Numbered from the stretch's first letter, positions 12,207 through 24,528 are shown. The stretch: DNA of 64,000 nt from Squalus acanthias (GCA_030390025.1 CM059431.1:127102001-127166000); one strand, 5' to 3'. Translations and numbers: made by a program. Notes: generated from the sequence alone by a model not told the origin.

Positions 12207-14390
12207 ATCCCCTCTGACCTTCCCCTCTCTGACTCCGAACGATCAGTCCTCAGCAAAGGCCTGAGCTTCATCCCCTTACGCCCCCATCTCAATGAATTTC
12301 GAGCTCGGCACGATGCTGAGCTCTTTTTCCGCCGCCTCCGTCTCCGTGCCCACTTCTCTGGCCAGGAGTCTTCCCCCCGCACGGCTGACCCTTTCTCCCG
12401 CTTTCAGAATTCTCGTTCCACCTGGACCCCTCCCTCTGGCCTCTTACCCTCTCTTGATCTTTTCATTGCTAACTGCCGCCGTGACATCGGCCAGCTCAAT
12501 TTCTCTGCTCCCCTCACTCACTCCAACCTACCTCCCTCTGAACTTGCAGCACTCCATTCTCTCCGATCCAACCCTGACATTGTCATTAAACCTGCTGACA
12601 AGGGTGGCGCTGTTGTTGTTTGGCGAACCGACCTCTACCTAGCGGAAGTTGAACGCCAACTCTCTGACACCTCCTCCTACCTCCACCTGGACCATGACCC
12701 CACTACCGAACATCAAGCCACCGTGTCCAAGACTGTCACTGACCTCATCTCCTCTGGAGATCTTCCCCCCACGGCCGCCAACCTCATAGTTCCCCAACCC
12801 CGCACAGCCCGCTTCTACCTCCTTCCCAAGATCCACAAACAGGACTGCCCCGGTAGACCCATCGTTTCAGCCTGTTCTTGCCCCACGGAACTTATCTCTT
12901 CCTATCTCGACTCTATTTTTTCTCCCCTTGTCCAGTCTCTTCCCACCTACATCCGCGACTCTTCCGATGCCCTCCGCCATTTTAACAGTTTCCAGTTTCC
13001 CGGCCCCAACCGTCTCCTCTTCACTATGGACGTACAATCCCTCTACACCTCCATTCCCCACCAGGATGGCCTGAGGGCGCTCCGCTTCTTCCTTGAACAG
13101 AGGCCCAACCAGTCCCCATCCACCACCACCCTCCTCCGCCTGGCTGAACTTGTTCTCACATTGAACAACTTCTCCTTTGACTCTACCCATTTCCTCCAAA
13201 TTAAAGGTGTTGCTATGGGTACCCGCATGGGTCCTAGCTATGCCTGCCTTTTCGTGGGATATGTGGAACACTCTTTGTTCCAGTCCTACTCGGGTCCCCT
13301 CCCTCACCTCTTTTTCCGGTACATTGATGACTGTATCGGTGCCGTCTCCTGCTCTCGCCCTGAACTAGAACATTTCATTCACTATGCTTCCAATTTCCAC
13401 CCTTCCCTCACCTTCACATGGTCCATCTCCGACTCTTCTCTTCCCTTCCTCGACTTCTCCATCTCCATCTCTGGGGATAGGTTATTGACTAACATTCACT
13501 ACAAGCCCACCGACTCCCACAGCTACCTGGACTACACTTCCTCCCACCCCGCCTCCTGTAAGGACTCTATTCCATTCTCCCAGTTTCTCCGTCTCCGCCG
13601 CATCTGCTCTGACGATGCCACCTTCCATACCAGTGCTTCCGACATGTCTTCCTTTTTCCTCAACCGAGGATTCCCCTCTACCGTGGTCGACACGGCCCTC
13701 GACCGTGTCCGTTCTATCTCCCGCACATCTGCCCTCACCCCTGCCCCTCCCTCCCGGAACCACGATAGGGTTCCCCTTGTCCTCACCTTTCACCCCACCA
13801 GCCTCCACATTCAACGGATCATCCTCCGCCATTTCCGCCACCTCCAGCGTGATCCCACCACCAAACACATCTTCCCCTCACCTCCCCTTTCAGCATTCCG
13901 CAGGGACCGCTCCCTCCGCGACACCCTAGTCCACTCCTCTACCACCCCCAGCACCCCTTCCCCTTCGCCCGGCACCTTCCCGTGCACGCGCAGGAGATGC
14001 AACACATGCCCTTATACCTCCCCTCTTCCCACTGTCCAGGGCCCCAAACACCCCTTCCAGGTGAAACAGCGATTTACTTGTACTTCCTGCAATTTAGTAT
14101 ACTGTATTCGCTGCTCACGATGTGGACTCCTCTACATTGGGGAGACCAAACGCAGATTGGGTGACCGCTTTGCGGAACACCTCCGTTCAGTCCGTAAGGG
14201 GGACCCCGAGCTCCCGGTGGCCTGTCACTTTAATTCACCGCTTCACTCCCACTCTGACCTCACCGTCCTCGGCCTAATACACTGTTCCACGGAAGCTCAG
14301 CGTAAGCTCGAGGAACAGCACCTCATCTTTCGTTTAGGCACGCTACAGCCCTCTGGACTCAATATCGAGTTCAACAATTTTAGATCATAA
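12207..14390 (+). CDS. Penelope RT + GIY-YIG endonuclease; frame open from the truncation point (about 727 aa, native start missing)
   Basis: Manual translation shows no stop from 12207. Motifs IKPADKGG, GVAMG, RYIDD, C-x4-C-x2-C, VYCIRC..CGLLYIGET and RFAEH. Confidence 0.93.
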   Translation: MPSDLPLSDSERSVLSKGLSFIPLRPHLNEFRARHDAELFFRRLRLRAHFSGQESSPRTADPFSRFQNSRSTWTPPSGLLPSLDLFIANCRRDIGQLNFSAPLTHSNLPPSELAALHSLRSNPDIVIKPADKGGAVVVWRTDLYLAEVERQLSDTSSYLHLDHDPTTEHQATVSKTVTDLISSGDLPPTAANLIVPQPRTARFYLLPKIHKQDCPGRPIVSACSCPTELISSYLDSIFSPLVQSLPTYIRDSSDALRHFNSFQFPGPNRLLFTMDVQSLYTSIPHQDGLRALRFFLEQRPNQSPSTTTLLRLAELVLTLNNFSFDSTHFLQIKGVAMGTRMGPSYACLFVGYVEHSLFQSYSGPLPHLFFRYIDDCIGAVSCSRPELEHFIHYASNFHPSLTFTWSISDSSLPFLDFSISISGDRLLTNIHYKPTDSHSYLDYTSSHPASCKDSIPFSQFLRLRRICSDDATFHTSASDMSSFFLNRGFPSTVVDTALDRVRSISRTSALTPAPPSRNHDRVPLVLTFHPTSLHIQRIILRHFRHLQRDPTTKHIFPSPPLSAFRRDRSLRDTLVHSSTTPSTPSPSPGTFPCTRRRCNTCPYTSPLPTVQGPKHPFQVKQRFTCTSCNLVYCIRCSRCGLLYIGETKRRLGDRFAEHLRSVRKGDPELPVACHFNSPLHSHSDLTVLGLIHCSTEAQRKLEEQHLIFRLGTLQPSGLNIEFNNFRS

Positions 14391-14666
14391 CCTCAGCTCC
14401 AATCACATTTATATTTTATTTTATCTACCCTTTTATTTGTCCCCCCCACCTTTTTTTTCCTCCTAGAAGCTGGCAGCTGTCCTTCATTCTGCCAGTAGAT
14501 TTCACACTTCATTCAGCCTTAATCTGTCACATTAACACCACCTCTAGCCTTGCATATCTCTTAATGTCTCCCAATGTCTCTTCATCTCCTCCTTTGTTCC
14601 TTTATCCCCTCCCCCTTTTCCCAGCTTTACCCTGGCCTTAAATCTATTTGATTTCCAGCTCTTCCC

Positions 14667-14703
14667 AGTTCTGATGAAAGGTCATCGACCTGAAACGTCA
14701 ACT
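14667..14703 (+). ncRNA. Minimal type I hammerhead ribozyme
   Basis: AGTT-CTGATGA-A-AGGTC(ATC)GACCT-GAAAC-GTC^AACT: catalytic core, stem II, palindromic ACGT stem III, stem I AGTT/AACT. The antisense twin lies at about 12079-12115. Confidence 0.85.
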
Positions 14704-14959
14704 CTCTTTCTCTCTCCACGGATGCTGCCTGGCCTGCTGAGTTTTTCCAGCGTTTTCTGTTGTTACCCCTGCTACTAGTGTTCCCACCCGCCCGCTGGCC
14801 AGGCTGTCCATGTGGCCGGCTGCTGGACGGGAGGCCGCCCTACAGTATGTTAAGTTCGGCAGAGCCTCCACGTCCCCGGCCTTGCCGGCTCCTGGGCTGA
14901 TGTCGGCCCCCCCCGCACCCTCCCCGGCTCTCTGTTAATATTCCTCCTGTGCAATCTGC

Positions 14960-15225
14960 TCCTTTCTCCCATCATTGGTGGCCATGCCTTCAGCCACCTA
15001 GGCTTTATGCTTTGGAATTTGCTGTCTAAATTCCTCTGCCTCTGCATCTGCCTCTCCTCCTTTAACAGCCTGCTCTTTGACTATGCTTTGGTCACCCCCC
15101 AGCCCACCACCCCCAACTATCTCCTTCTTTAGCTCGGTATTCCATTTTTCTTTGATTACAACATTGTTTAGCACCTTGGGACCGTTGTCTATGTTAAAGA
15201 AGCTACAGGAATACAAGTTGTGGTC
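14960..15225 (+). mobile_element. L2-like LINE 3' end, decayed
   Basis: GGCCATGCCTTCAGC...TGGAAT...CTTTGACTATGCTTT...AGCACCTTGGGAC, resembling L2 tails. Confidence 0.5.
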
Positions 15226-15451
15226 CTTGTTGTTCAATAGCCTTTCAACACTCACTGCCTGGGCTCATATGTGAAAGATGGCCGCTTGGGTGAGGTACGA
15301 GAGGGCTGCAGGCTTAGGTGGAACTGTACAACAGCTTCAGTTATCACCTGCAGGAGAGAGGAAGAGAAAATAAGTGAAAAGGGAATTTGTTAAAGAAATA
15401 GCTGCTTCAATTGTTCCACAAATGTTAATATCCTGTGAGTGTCAACTTATT

Positions 15452-15541
15452 GGGGTAGATTTTCAACTTGCCACCTGGACGTAATACTGGCATTGTAGCT
15501 TGGCCACCCGTTATAGAAATCACCTGGGGAAAATCTACCCC
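15452..15541. mobile_element. 90-bp Harbinger-type MITE
   Basis: 13-bp perfect TIR GGGGTAGATTTTC / GAAAATCTACCCC, TSD ATT. Confidence 0.85.
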
Positions 15542-15607
15542 ATTGTATTTGAAGGCTCCATTAGCATTTCTCTAAATATGTAATCAAAATATTGATAATA
15601 CTGAATA

Positions 15608-15960
15608 GAAAGAAAGAACTTGCATTTATATGCTGGGAAACGTGGCAGCCAATTTGAGCACAGCAAGGTCCCACAGCAGTGATCTAAGTGACAAAAGATA
15701 ATCTGTTTTAGTGATGTTGGTTGAAGGATAAGTATTGACCAGAACACCGGGGAGGACTCCGGTGTTCTCCTTTGCATAGTGCTGTGGAATTTTTACATCC
15801 ATCTGAGAGGACAGACAGGGCCTCGGTTTAATGTCTCATCTGAAAGACAGCACCTCCAATAGCGCTGCACTGAATTGTCAGCCTAGATTATGTGCTCAAG
15901 TCTCTGGAGTGTGACTTGAACCTACGACCTTCTGATTCAGAGGTGAAAGTGCTACCACTG
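15608..15960 (-). mobile_element. HE1-like tRNA SINE
   Basis: Same head, body and tail as 2450-2896. Confidence 0.8.
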
Positions 15961-16388
15961 TCACTTTAGATGGTACCAGAAAATGTAAATAATGTACATA
16001 ATAACCATTGACATACTCATTCATACAGCAAATGTTTAGTGATTGGAACAGTTTACATTCTGATTGAATCTTGTACTCAGCTCTGCCATAAGAAAGATCC
16101 CCACTAATCCACTAAATCAACCTCACATCCTTCCTCTCTGAAAATAATTAATCCATTTTAATTTTCGAAAGTGCATTCCCTGATGTTACAACATTTCATT
16201 TCAGCAGGTAAATGTTCATGTTTATCATAAATGTTAAAGTTCTTAACAAAAATTATTAAATTATAAGGCATTCATTGACTCTATGATGACATCAGTGTCT
16301 TTAGTGTATTAATAATGTTCAGATGATGTTACTGTTCTACAGATGATCTGGGTTAAAATTATGACATGAATTTAAATTATGCCATACA

Positions 16389-16782
16389 GCATAGGATTAC
16401 ATAGGATATACGGCACAGAAACAGGCCATTCGGCCCAACCAGTCCATGCCGGCGTTTATGCTCCACTCGAGCCTCCTCCCGTCTTTCCTCATCTAACCCT
16501 CTCAGCATAACCCTCTATTCCCCTCTCCCTCATATGCTTATCTAGCCTCCCCTTAAATGCATCTATACTATTTGCCTCAACTATTCCCTGTAGTAGCGAG
16601 TTCCACATTCTCACCACTCTCTGGATAAAGAAGTTTCTTCTGAATTCCCTATTTGATTTCTTGGTGACTATCTTATATTGATGGCCTCCAGTTATGCTCT
16701 TCCCCACAAGTGGAAACACTCTCTCTGTATCTACTCTATCAAAACTTTTCATAATTTTAAAGACCTCAAGCGAAAAGAGACC
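16389..16782 (-). mobile_element. CR1 3' end fragment
   Basis: Peptide EVFKIMKSFDRVD...RRNFFIQRVVRMWN; near-identical to 59552-60004. Confidence 0.88.
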
Positions 16783-17115
16783 TGGGGGTGAAATTGGGTA
16801 TCGCACCTTTTGGGGCGCTAACTTTTGAAATTTTGAAAATTTAGCGCCAGACACTAATGATTCTGAACTTCTAGTAAGTTGGGTGTTAGCTTCCCAGGAA
16901 GGAAGTGGGGCGCTAAACCAAGCGCTAATGACCTCAGTAGGGTGCTACAGGGGCGCTACCAGCAGAGCGCTAATGAATTTCAGGTGCAATGCATTCAGCA
17001 ATGATCCTTCACACTGGTTCCTTCCAGCTCTTAAAGGGGAGGTTGCATCATTGTGCAGATGCTCATTTTCATCATTGCTGGCTTTGAGGCGACCTGTGAG
17101 CAAGTGAACCCCCTG

Positions 17116-17803
17116 ATGGCTATGGCTGTTCCCTCTCCCAGGGAAGGAGTTTGTTGGTTCACAGACATGGCATTGGAGGCATTGGTGGCAGGAGTGGAGC
17201 GAAGGAGGGCAATGCTGTTCCCGGTCACTGGAAGGAGGCCATCGCCTCAGGTGTTCAGGGCAATGTGGAGAGAAGTGGCCCAGGAGGTCTCGGCCAGTAG
17301 TGTGGTGGAACGCAGCCTGACACAGTGTCGCAAGAAATTCAATGGGCTGGATTTTCATAGGGCCGTGGAGGTGGGTTTGGAGGCATGTGGGGGGTGAAAA
17401 TTGAGAAATGTGGCAGGCGGACCTGATCCCGCCTCCATTCCGCCTCCACGCAATTTTGATAAAATGGTGTGCGGTGTTCCTGACTCCGTCCCGCCTCCAA
17501 GAGGTGGGAAAGGCCATTTATGCCCTTAACAAGCCCTAAATTGGCTCTGTAATGCCATTTTGAAACATTTTAGCTAGTTTAACCCTTTTCCGACGTGAAG
17601 CACGCCTGATGTGAAACACGCCAGTGAAACCTGGCGGGAGCACAGGTGGATAGCTGACTATCAGCTGCAGGTCTACTATTACAATGGAGATGTGATGAAG
17701 GTAGTAGTAGTATTAGGTCTGAAAGTCGCCTCTGATGCTGCTGCATTGAATGTCTTCAGAGACTGCCTGGCCTTTGCTGTGAGAGGACCTGGATGCAAAA
17801 TAA

Positions 17804-17843
<40 letters not shown>

Positions 17844-19764
17844 TGCTGCTCATTTTGCATCCAGGTCCACTCACAGCAAAGGCCAGGCAGTCTCTGAAGA
17901 CCTTCAATGCAGCAGCAATGATGACATCATCAGAGGCGACTTTCACACTGAAACCACTAATTGGTTCATGGGTTCCCACATGCTGGAACATAATTGCCCA
18001 ATTAGGTGAAAATTGCATCAATCTCCCACATCCAATTGCAGTCGGGTGGATAACACGAAATGCGGATGACACGACCCCAACCCGCCCCAGTATCAAAATC
18101 CAGCCCAATGACTTCAGTCGGGTGGTCAAGGTGAGTACATGCTTCAACAGCTCCTACATACCAGCATCTGACCCTCAGTCTGTGCACACTGCACAAACAA
18201 CCAAACCCCCACCACTCACCCACCAAACATTTTCACCTACTCAAACTCACATCCACATCTCATGCCTTGCCTACAATCACAGCTATTCAACGACGGCAGA
18301 CACATCTCCCAAACACATAGCTGGACTCTGAATCAAGCATATTTGTTTCTCTTACAGGCCAAGATGGCCCACAGTAGGACGGAACAGCAGAGAACAGGCG
18401 GGGGTGATGCTCAACTCCAACAGCTCTGAGACCTGGAGGAGTGAGTGCTCCGACTCATTGGGCAGTCAGTGACGTCGACCCCCTTGGGAGCAACAAGGAT
18501 GTTCATCCCCTCTCCTCTCATCCCACTTCCCCCTCACACCACAAACCTTTCCCACTTTCCACCTCCTGAGAATGCCTGCATTCCTTGCTTCATTCCTGTC
18601 CCCCTGCCCTCATATTAACACGAGTGTTGTGCCTTTATGCTTTCAGATAATCAGCAACCAGATGACCAGCCTATCCCTGAGCCCCCCACTGAGAGTAAGG
18701 AAGGAGAAGAGGAGGAGGAGCAAAGCACCACGTCACTGCATGTCTCACCCGCAGGCACCACCTAAGATACTGGGACTACGTGATCTTTAGAGGCTAGTAT
18801 AGTAGCGGGACCTGCACAGGGTGATGTACCGGGGATGAGCGGGCTGCAGCAAGGCCAGGGGGAAAGGGCAGCTCGGGAGCCAGCTCCCCAGAGGGCGAGT
18901 TCATGTGCAAGTTCTGCTGCACAGGACTCAGATGAGGACCTCGATGGGGAGGCGTTCACAAGAAGGGTGATGGCGATGCACACCGAGATGATAGGTATAA
19001 TGGCAAGGGTGCCTGAGAGCCTCTCAGCAATGGTAAGGAGCGTGGAGGAGTCTGCCTCCAACATTGCACAGAGCTCTGCGCACACCATGGAGCCCATCAT
19101 TTCCACTGTGCAGAGGATAGTGGACTCCCAGAGAGACCGTGCAGATCCAGACCTCATGACGCGTGTCATGGGCGACGTGGCAGCTTCCATTGCAGCACAG
19201 GTGGAAACGACGCAATGTCTTGGTGCTGTAATGCAGTCAATGGTTGCTGCCATCGAGTCTCAGACTGCTCTCATGCAGTCTCAGCTTGATGTCACGAAAG
19301 ATCTGTCTGCTGCTATTGTCGCTGGGTCCACCACAGTCCACCGGGGATCTCAAGGTGTCGCAGCAGGCCAGCAATCTGTGCTCCAGCAGATTGGTAGGGA
19401 TGCTGAGGTGCTGCCCCAGGAGAGTGGGAGTGGGTGAGTGGAGCAGGAACCTGCTGTCCTCTCTCAGGATGACAGCATTCCTGATCCCACCACTGCCACT
19501 CCGCCATTGCACTTGTTGCTGCCTGTCATCCAGCCAGCCCAGACTGCCGCCGCCCAGCCTGAGGTGGTGCAGTCTACAGCCGGGCCTTCCAGACCCAGAG
19601 CTGGTCGAGGGCATCCTGCAAGGCCATCTGTAGTCTCTGGCAGCAACACTCAGCAGCCTTTCACCAGCCCTGCTGCAGCCACTGGGGAGACACTACGTAG
19701 GAGCACTAGATTAGGAAAGGGGACTATAAAGAGGGCAAGTAAGGGTTTGCACAAAGGTGATTAG
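17116..19764 (+). pseudogene. Harbinger Myb/SANT-like (trihelix, NAIF1/MSANTD-like) gene, three exons, disrupted
   Basis: Exon 1 FTDMALEALV...WREVAQEVSA...TQCRKKFN|DFSRVVK ends at 18130 (GTGAGT). Exon 2 starts 18358 (TTACAG|AKMAHSRTEQQRTGGG). Exon 3 starts 18647 (TTTCAG). Premature stops present. Confidence 0.85.
17344..18106. mobile_element. Harbinger MITE family C nested in Myb exon 1
   Basis: TIR GGGCTGGATTTT / AAAATCCAGCCC, TSD AAT; removal restores KKFNDF. Internal (CT)n. An inverted copy lies at 54965-55599. Confidence 0.92.
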
Positions 19765-19929
19765 TCAATATTGTTGTTGTATATATGTGGTTAATGGTTT
19801 TTGATAAATTTATTACTGGAATGTTGCAGATTTGGTGCTGTATCTCATTTCAGTTCTGGGGTGTGGTGTGGAATCACAAAGTGATGGAATGATGGTGACG
19901 TGCTCAGCAATCGGAAAGAGGACTCGAAG

Positions 19930-21030
19930 TCACTGGAAACGAACTCTGATGAGGCGATCACGGACCGACCTTGCAGAACGCCGATTGAGTGGCTGCCTCC
20001 TCCATCGCTGCTGTTCATCCTCCTCCTCCTGAGGTGGTGGAGTTATGCCTGGTGGCAATGGCTGTGCCCTCATAATGGCCAAGTTGTGCAGCATGCAGAA
20101 GACGACGACGGAAAGGGACACCCACTCAGCTGAGTACTGGAGGGCTCCTCCCGAGCAGTCAAGGCAGCGGAACCATTGCTTGAGCACTCCAATGATCTGC
20201 GCAATGATGTTCCCTGATGGCAGCGTGGCTCTCATTATATGAGTGCTGGCCAGGAGTGTTGGGTTTGTGGAGGGGAGTCATGCGCCAGGTGGAGAGCGAA
20301 TAGCCCTTGTCTCCCAGCAGCCAGCCACCAGCTTGATGTGGTGGCTGGTATAGATCTGGAACACCGGTCTGGCGCAGGATGAAGGCATCGTGGCTGATGC
20401 CAGGATAGCGGATATTGATGGTGAGGATTTGTTGTGTGTGGTTGCATATTAAGTGAGTGGTAGCCTTTGCGGTTACAGAATACCTCAGGATTGTTATGAG
20501 GTGCCCACAAAGCGACATAGGTACAGTCATTGGCACCCTGCACCATGGGGAAGCCCGCTATACTGGCAAAGCCACATGCACGCTTGCGCTGCTTCTCTCT
20601 GGTCATGGGAAAGGAAATGTAGTCTTCTCCTTCTGTACAGAGCATCTGTGACCTGGTGGATGGAGCAATGGATGGCAAACTGGGAGATGTTGGAGATGTC
20701 TCCTGTCGCACACTGGAATGATCCACTGACATAGAAATTGAGGGCGAAGTGACCTTGACTGCCACTGAGAGAACCGTGGTGTTCCTGATCTGAGGCTCGA
20801 GGTCTGGCTGCAGGGGGTGGCAGAGCTCTGTGACCACCTCCTTGCTGAAGCGGAGCCTTCTAAGTCACTAGTCCTGAGTGACATTCATGCAGGAGAACTG
20901 CTACCGGCATACCCTGTTGAGAGCCCTGTTGACCCTCCTACCTCTGGCCACATTTTGCACTTTTTCTCTGTGCCTCAGTTGCCTCTGACTTGATGCTGGA
21001 GGGTGAGGTCCAGTGCCAGTACAGCCTCCA
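19930..21030 (-). pseudogene. Harbinger DDE transposase (HARBI1-like), frameshifted
   Basis: Peptides GFPMVQGANDCTYV, FCNRKGYHSLN, YPGISHDAFIL, LLGDKGY, IGVLKQWFRCLD, CMLHN, and C-terminus RSVRDRLIRVRFQ*. Confidence 0.92.
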
Positions 21031-21334
21031 TGAAAGGTTCCAAATATTGCACTTTCAAATCTCCCCTCAATGAAACAGAAGAATCTTTATGCGCCAGAAC
21101 ACTCGGAAAAATACAAAACACTGAAATCAGTCAAAAGGCCTCTTTGCCTATGTGAAACTAACAACACAGCGTTGTTGGCCGACAAAAACTAAACCTGATG
21201 TGGACGCCTTTAAATAGCGCTCCTCCAGCAGATATCCAACTGAAAGCCGTCTCCTCTACCAGAGGGTGAGAGGGAATTTTTCATCCGGGGAGTTACGGGG
21301 GCACTGCGCACGGCAATGACTCGTACCCTGCGAA

Positions 21335-22748
21335 TAATAAGTGATCTCCTATTCTTCCTAACAAAATGTAATACCTCACATTTATCTGTGTTGAATTTAA
21401 CGTGCAATTAAATGCCCATTCTGCAAGTTTATTAAGGTCTTCCTGTAATTTGATGCAGTTCTCCTCAGTATTAACTATCCCTCCTCGAATTTGGTGTCAT
21501 CTGCAAATTTAGAAATTGTGTTTTTGATTCCAAAGTCTAAATAATTAATATAAATTGTGAACAACAGTGGTCCCAGCACTGATCCTTGTGGAACATCACT
21601 ACCCACCTTCTGCCACTGTGAATAGCTATCCTTTACCCCTGCTCTCTGCTTTCTGCCTTGAAGCCAACTAGCTATTCATTCTGCTACTTGTCCCCTGACC
21701 CCGCTTTCTCTGACCATATTCATTAGTCTATTATGTGGTACCTCATTGAAGGCCTTTTGAAAATCTAGATAAATTACACCTACTACATTACCCTTGTCTA
21801 TTCTCTCTGTTACCTCTTCAAAAAATTCAATGAGGTTGGTCAAGCAAGACTTTCCCTTTTGAAATCCATGCTGACTAATCATTATTATATTTTTGGCTTC
21901 TAGATGTTCTTCTATTTTCTCCTTTAGTAGGGATTCCATTATTTTTCAAAGCTGACTGGTCTATAGCTCCCTGAACATGTTCTATCACATTTCTTAAATA
22001 TAGGTATTATGTTAGCTATCTGCCAGTCCTCTGGCACTACATCTTTTTCTAATGAATTATTGAATATGTGTAGTAATGCCTCTGCTATATCTTCCCTAGA
22101 TATTTTTAAAATGCGCGGATGTAATCCATCCGGACCAGGGTTTTTATCCTCTTTGAGTTTGATTAGTTTATTTAATATATCTCCTCTTTTTATTTTAAAT
22201 GCAGTTATTTCATTACTAATCTCATCATCCAATGTCATGTCCACCTGTTCTATCTCCCTGGTAAATACTGAGGCAAAGTAATTATTTAATATTTCTGCCA
22301 TCTCTTTATCACTGCCTGTGGTATTATCCTGTCCATCCCTTAGTGGCCCTATTCCCATCCTGACCTTCCTTTTTATATTGATTTGCCTGTAAAATATTTT
22401 ACTATTTTGTTTTATGTTCCTTGATAATTTAATTTCATAGTTCCTCTTTGCCTTCAAAATTTTTTTGACCAGTTTTCCTAATCTCTTTGTATTTTCCCTT
22501 ATCATGCTATCACCTGCTGTCCATGTACTTAATATATGTCTCCTTCCTTACCCTCAATTTTTCACTTGTGGCTTTATTCATCCATAGTGTCTCATTAGTG
22601 TTTAGCTTGTTCTTGTTTTTTTAGCAGAATATATTTTTCCTGGACTCTGTTGAACACTGTTTTAAATGTTTCCCATTGCTGTTCTACATCATTGTTTGCC
22701 AATATTGTTGTCCATTTTATTTTCCCAAGTTCTATTCTCAGCCTCATT
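21335..22748 (-). mobile_element. CR1 LINE ORF2 internal fragment
   Basis: Peptides PGPDGLHPRILK, QHGFQKGKSCLTNL and YLDFQKAF. Confidence 0.92.
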
Positions 22749-24528
22749 GGGGCCGCGACTTCCCCTACCTCGGCGGGTTCGTGGCAGGCAACATCGGTGG
22801 CAGGTCCTGACCCCGCTGCTGGCTCCAGCTGGCTCTGTAGAATGATTTTATGTTGATTGGGCTTGTTAAGACCACCCAGTGCGTTTGCCGGTCAATTGAA
22901 GAAAGTGGATCTGATGACACATTTGATGATGCGTCATCAGCTGGTTTCCTTAAAGGGACCATGGTCAAATTTATTTTTGACAGTTGTGCTGTCAGTGTTC
23001 TGCAGCATTGAGGTGCTGCAAACACTGACAAACACTCCACAGAGGTGCACGGCTACACCCAGGCTCTCCCTTGACTCCCTCCATATGCTTATGGAGGGAG
23101 TCACAGCAGGCAGTGAGGTTCTCTTCCCTTCCAATGGGCGGAAGACACCTCCCCAGAAGACCAACACAGCCTGGTTGCACATTGCCCAGGAGGGCTCAAG
23201 CAGGGATGTCGTCAGGAGGACCAGGCTGCAGTGGCGCAAAACTTTCAATGATCTCAGTAGATCACGAAACGTTAGTAAAAAGCCACACTCAACCTCATCC
23301 TGCTGTGCCACTCATCACATCCCCATCACTCTGCCTTCCCTACCCTACTCCTGCACATCCTTACTCACACCAACTTACCTTGTACCTCCACCCATCCCTC
23401 TCTCTCTATATTATCACTTCCCCATCTCACTAGCCACCCCTCACACTCACCCTCATCCTTGTCCAATCATACCAACTAACCACACACAAGGGTAGGCACT
23501 TGTGTGTTTTAGCCAATGTTCATGTAAAGTTTCTGTTAATGTGGTGTCAAACATTGAAACATTTATATTCAACACTTTGTGTTCTTGGACAGATCTGTGT
23601 GCACCTTTGGACGTGGCTTGGTGAGTTGCAGTGAATGGTGAGAAATAACAGTACCCCCCGCAATGGTGATGAGTGTGAAAGGAATGGCTTGGGCATTGTA
23701 GTTTTGCTTTATGGTGTTGGTGTGGGGTGGTGCCAACCTGGCGCATCATGTGGCTGCCAGGGTGTACAGTGTTAAATGAAATAAATCTAGCCATGGTGAG
23801 GCCATCCCTGGTGCCCTGGGCAGCAATGTGGTCAGGTGCCCTGTGTTCTGTGCAGCATCAGTTGATTGCGGAGAAGGTTGGTGTTGTTGTTAGTGCTGCT
23901 GGTGTGCCTGATGCTGCTGGTGTTGGGGCTGATCGTGGTGGGATTCTGAGGACCAAGGTGAAATAGTTTCAAGGGCACCGATGCTGATGGAATAGATGGC
24001 AGGTGAACTTGAGATGACAGAAGCGATCTGTCAATGGTGAGAGAGGTTGTTCCAAAGAGGTGACACTGGATAGAGAGTTTGCTCCAAACACGTGAAACCT
24101 GCATAAAGCTCAATCTGTCTTCCAAATGCAGTAAGCAACAGCTTCTGAGCTTTGAAAGTGAACAGCAGTGAGATGGGAGCTTTTACACCACATTTGCAGC
24201 TGTCAAGTAATGAGATGATTCCATGCTCGTACAACTCCCGACCTGCTTACCTGACGTGATCCCTAAGCAGTGTGGACCCCATGGGCAACCTCATAAAATG
24301 GTAAGATGAGCTCAAAATACTTTTTAATGGGCTGTTAACAAGGTCAGAATTACTTGAATTGCCTCCCCCGCTGCTGCGTGTTGGGTCTGTTCAGCCCTGA
24401 CAGACCCGACATCTGGGAAAGTCGCATGGCGGCAGGTTGACAGCGGGGTCCCGACCCGCAGTCAAAAAAAAAATTCCCAGCTGATCCAACAGCAAATGTG
24501 CCCGCTGAGCCCCCGAGAAATTCCCCCC
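22749..24528. mobile_element. Non-autonomous Harbinger with Myb exon 1 and an internally deleted transposase remnant
   Basis: Myb peptide LSLDSLHMLMEGV...AWLHIAQE...QWRKTFNDLSRS. 23490-24240 is homologous to 43780-44510. Right end GAGAAATTCCCCCC. TSD unclear. Confidence 0.8.

Larger units (their letters stand above)
11980..14765 (+). mobile_element. Young Penelope-like retroelement, 5'-truncated, with an inverted copy of its 3' end at the 5' side
   Basis: 14-bp TSD CCCCTGCTACTAGT at 11966-11979 and 14766-14779. 12017-12208 is the reverse complement of 14574-14765. Confidence 0.95.
16784..21333. mobile_element. Decayed autonomous-type Harbinger (Myb gene +, transposase -, convergent); right TIR lost
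   Basis: Left terminus GGGGGTGAAATTGGG with GCGCTAA repeats; both genes recognisable; runs into CR1 at about 21335. Confidence 0.88.

Noticed and set aside
17116..21030. Domesticated HARBI1/NAIF1 host genes
   Set aside because: Multiple stops and frameshifts, a nested MITE, and a transposon terminus indicate a decayed transposon.
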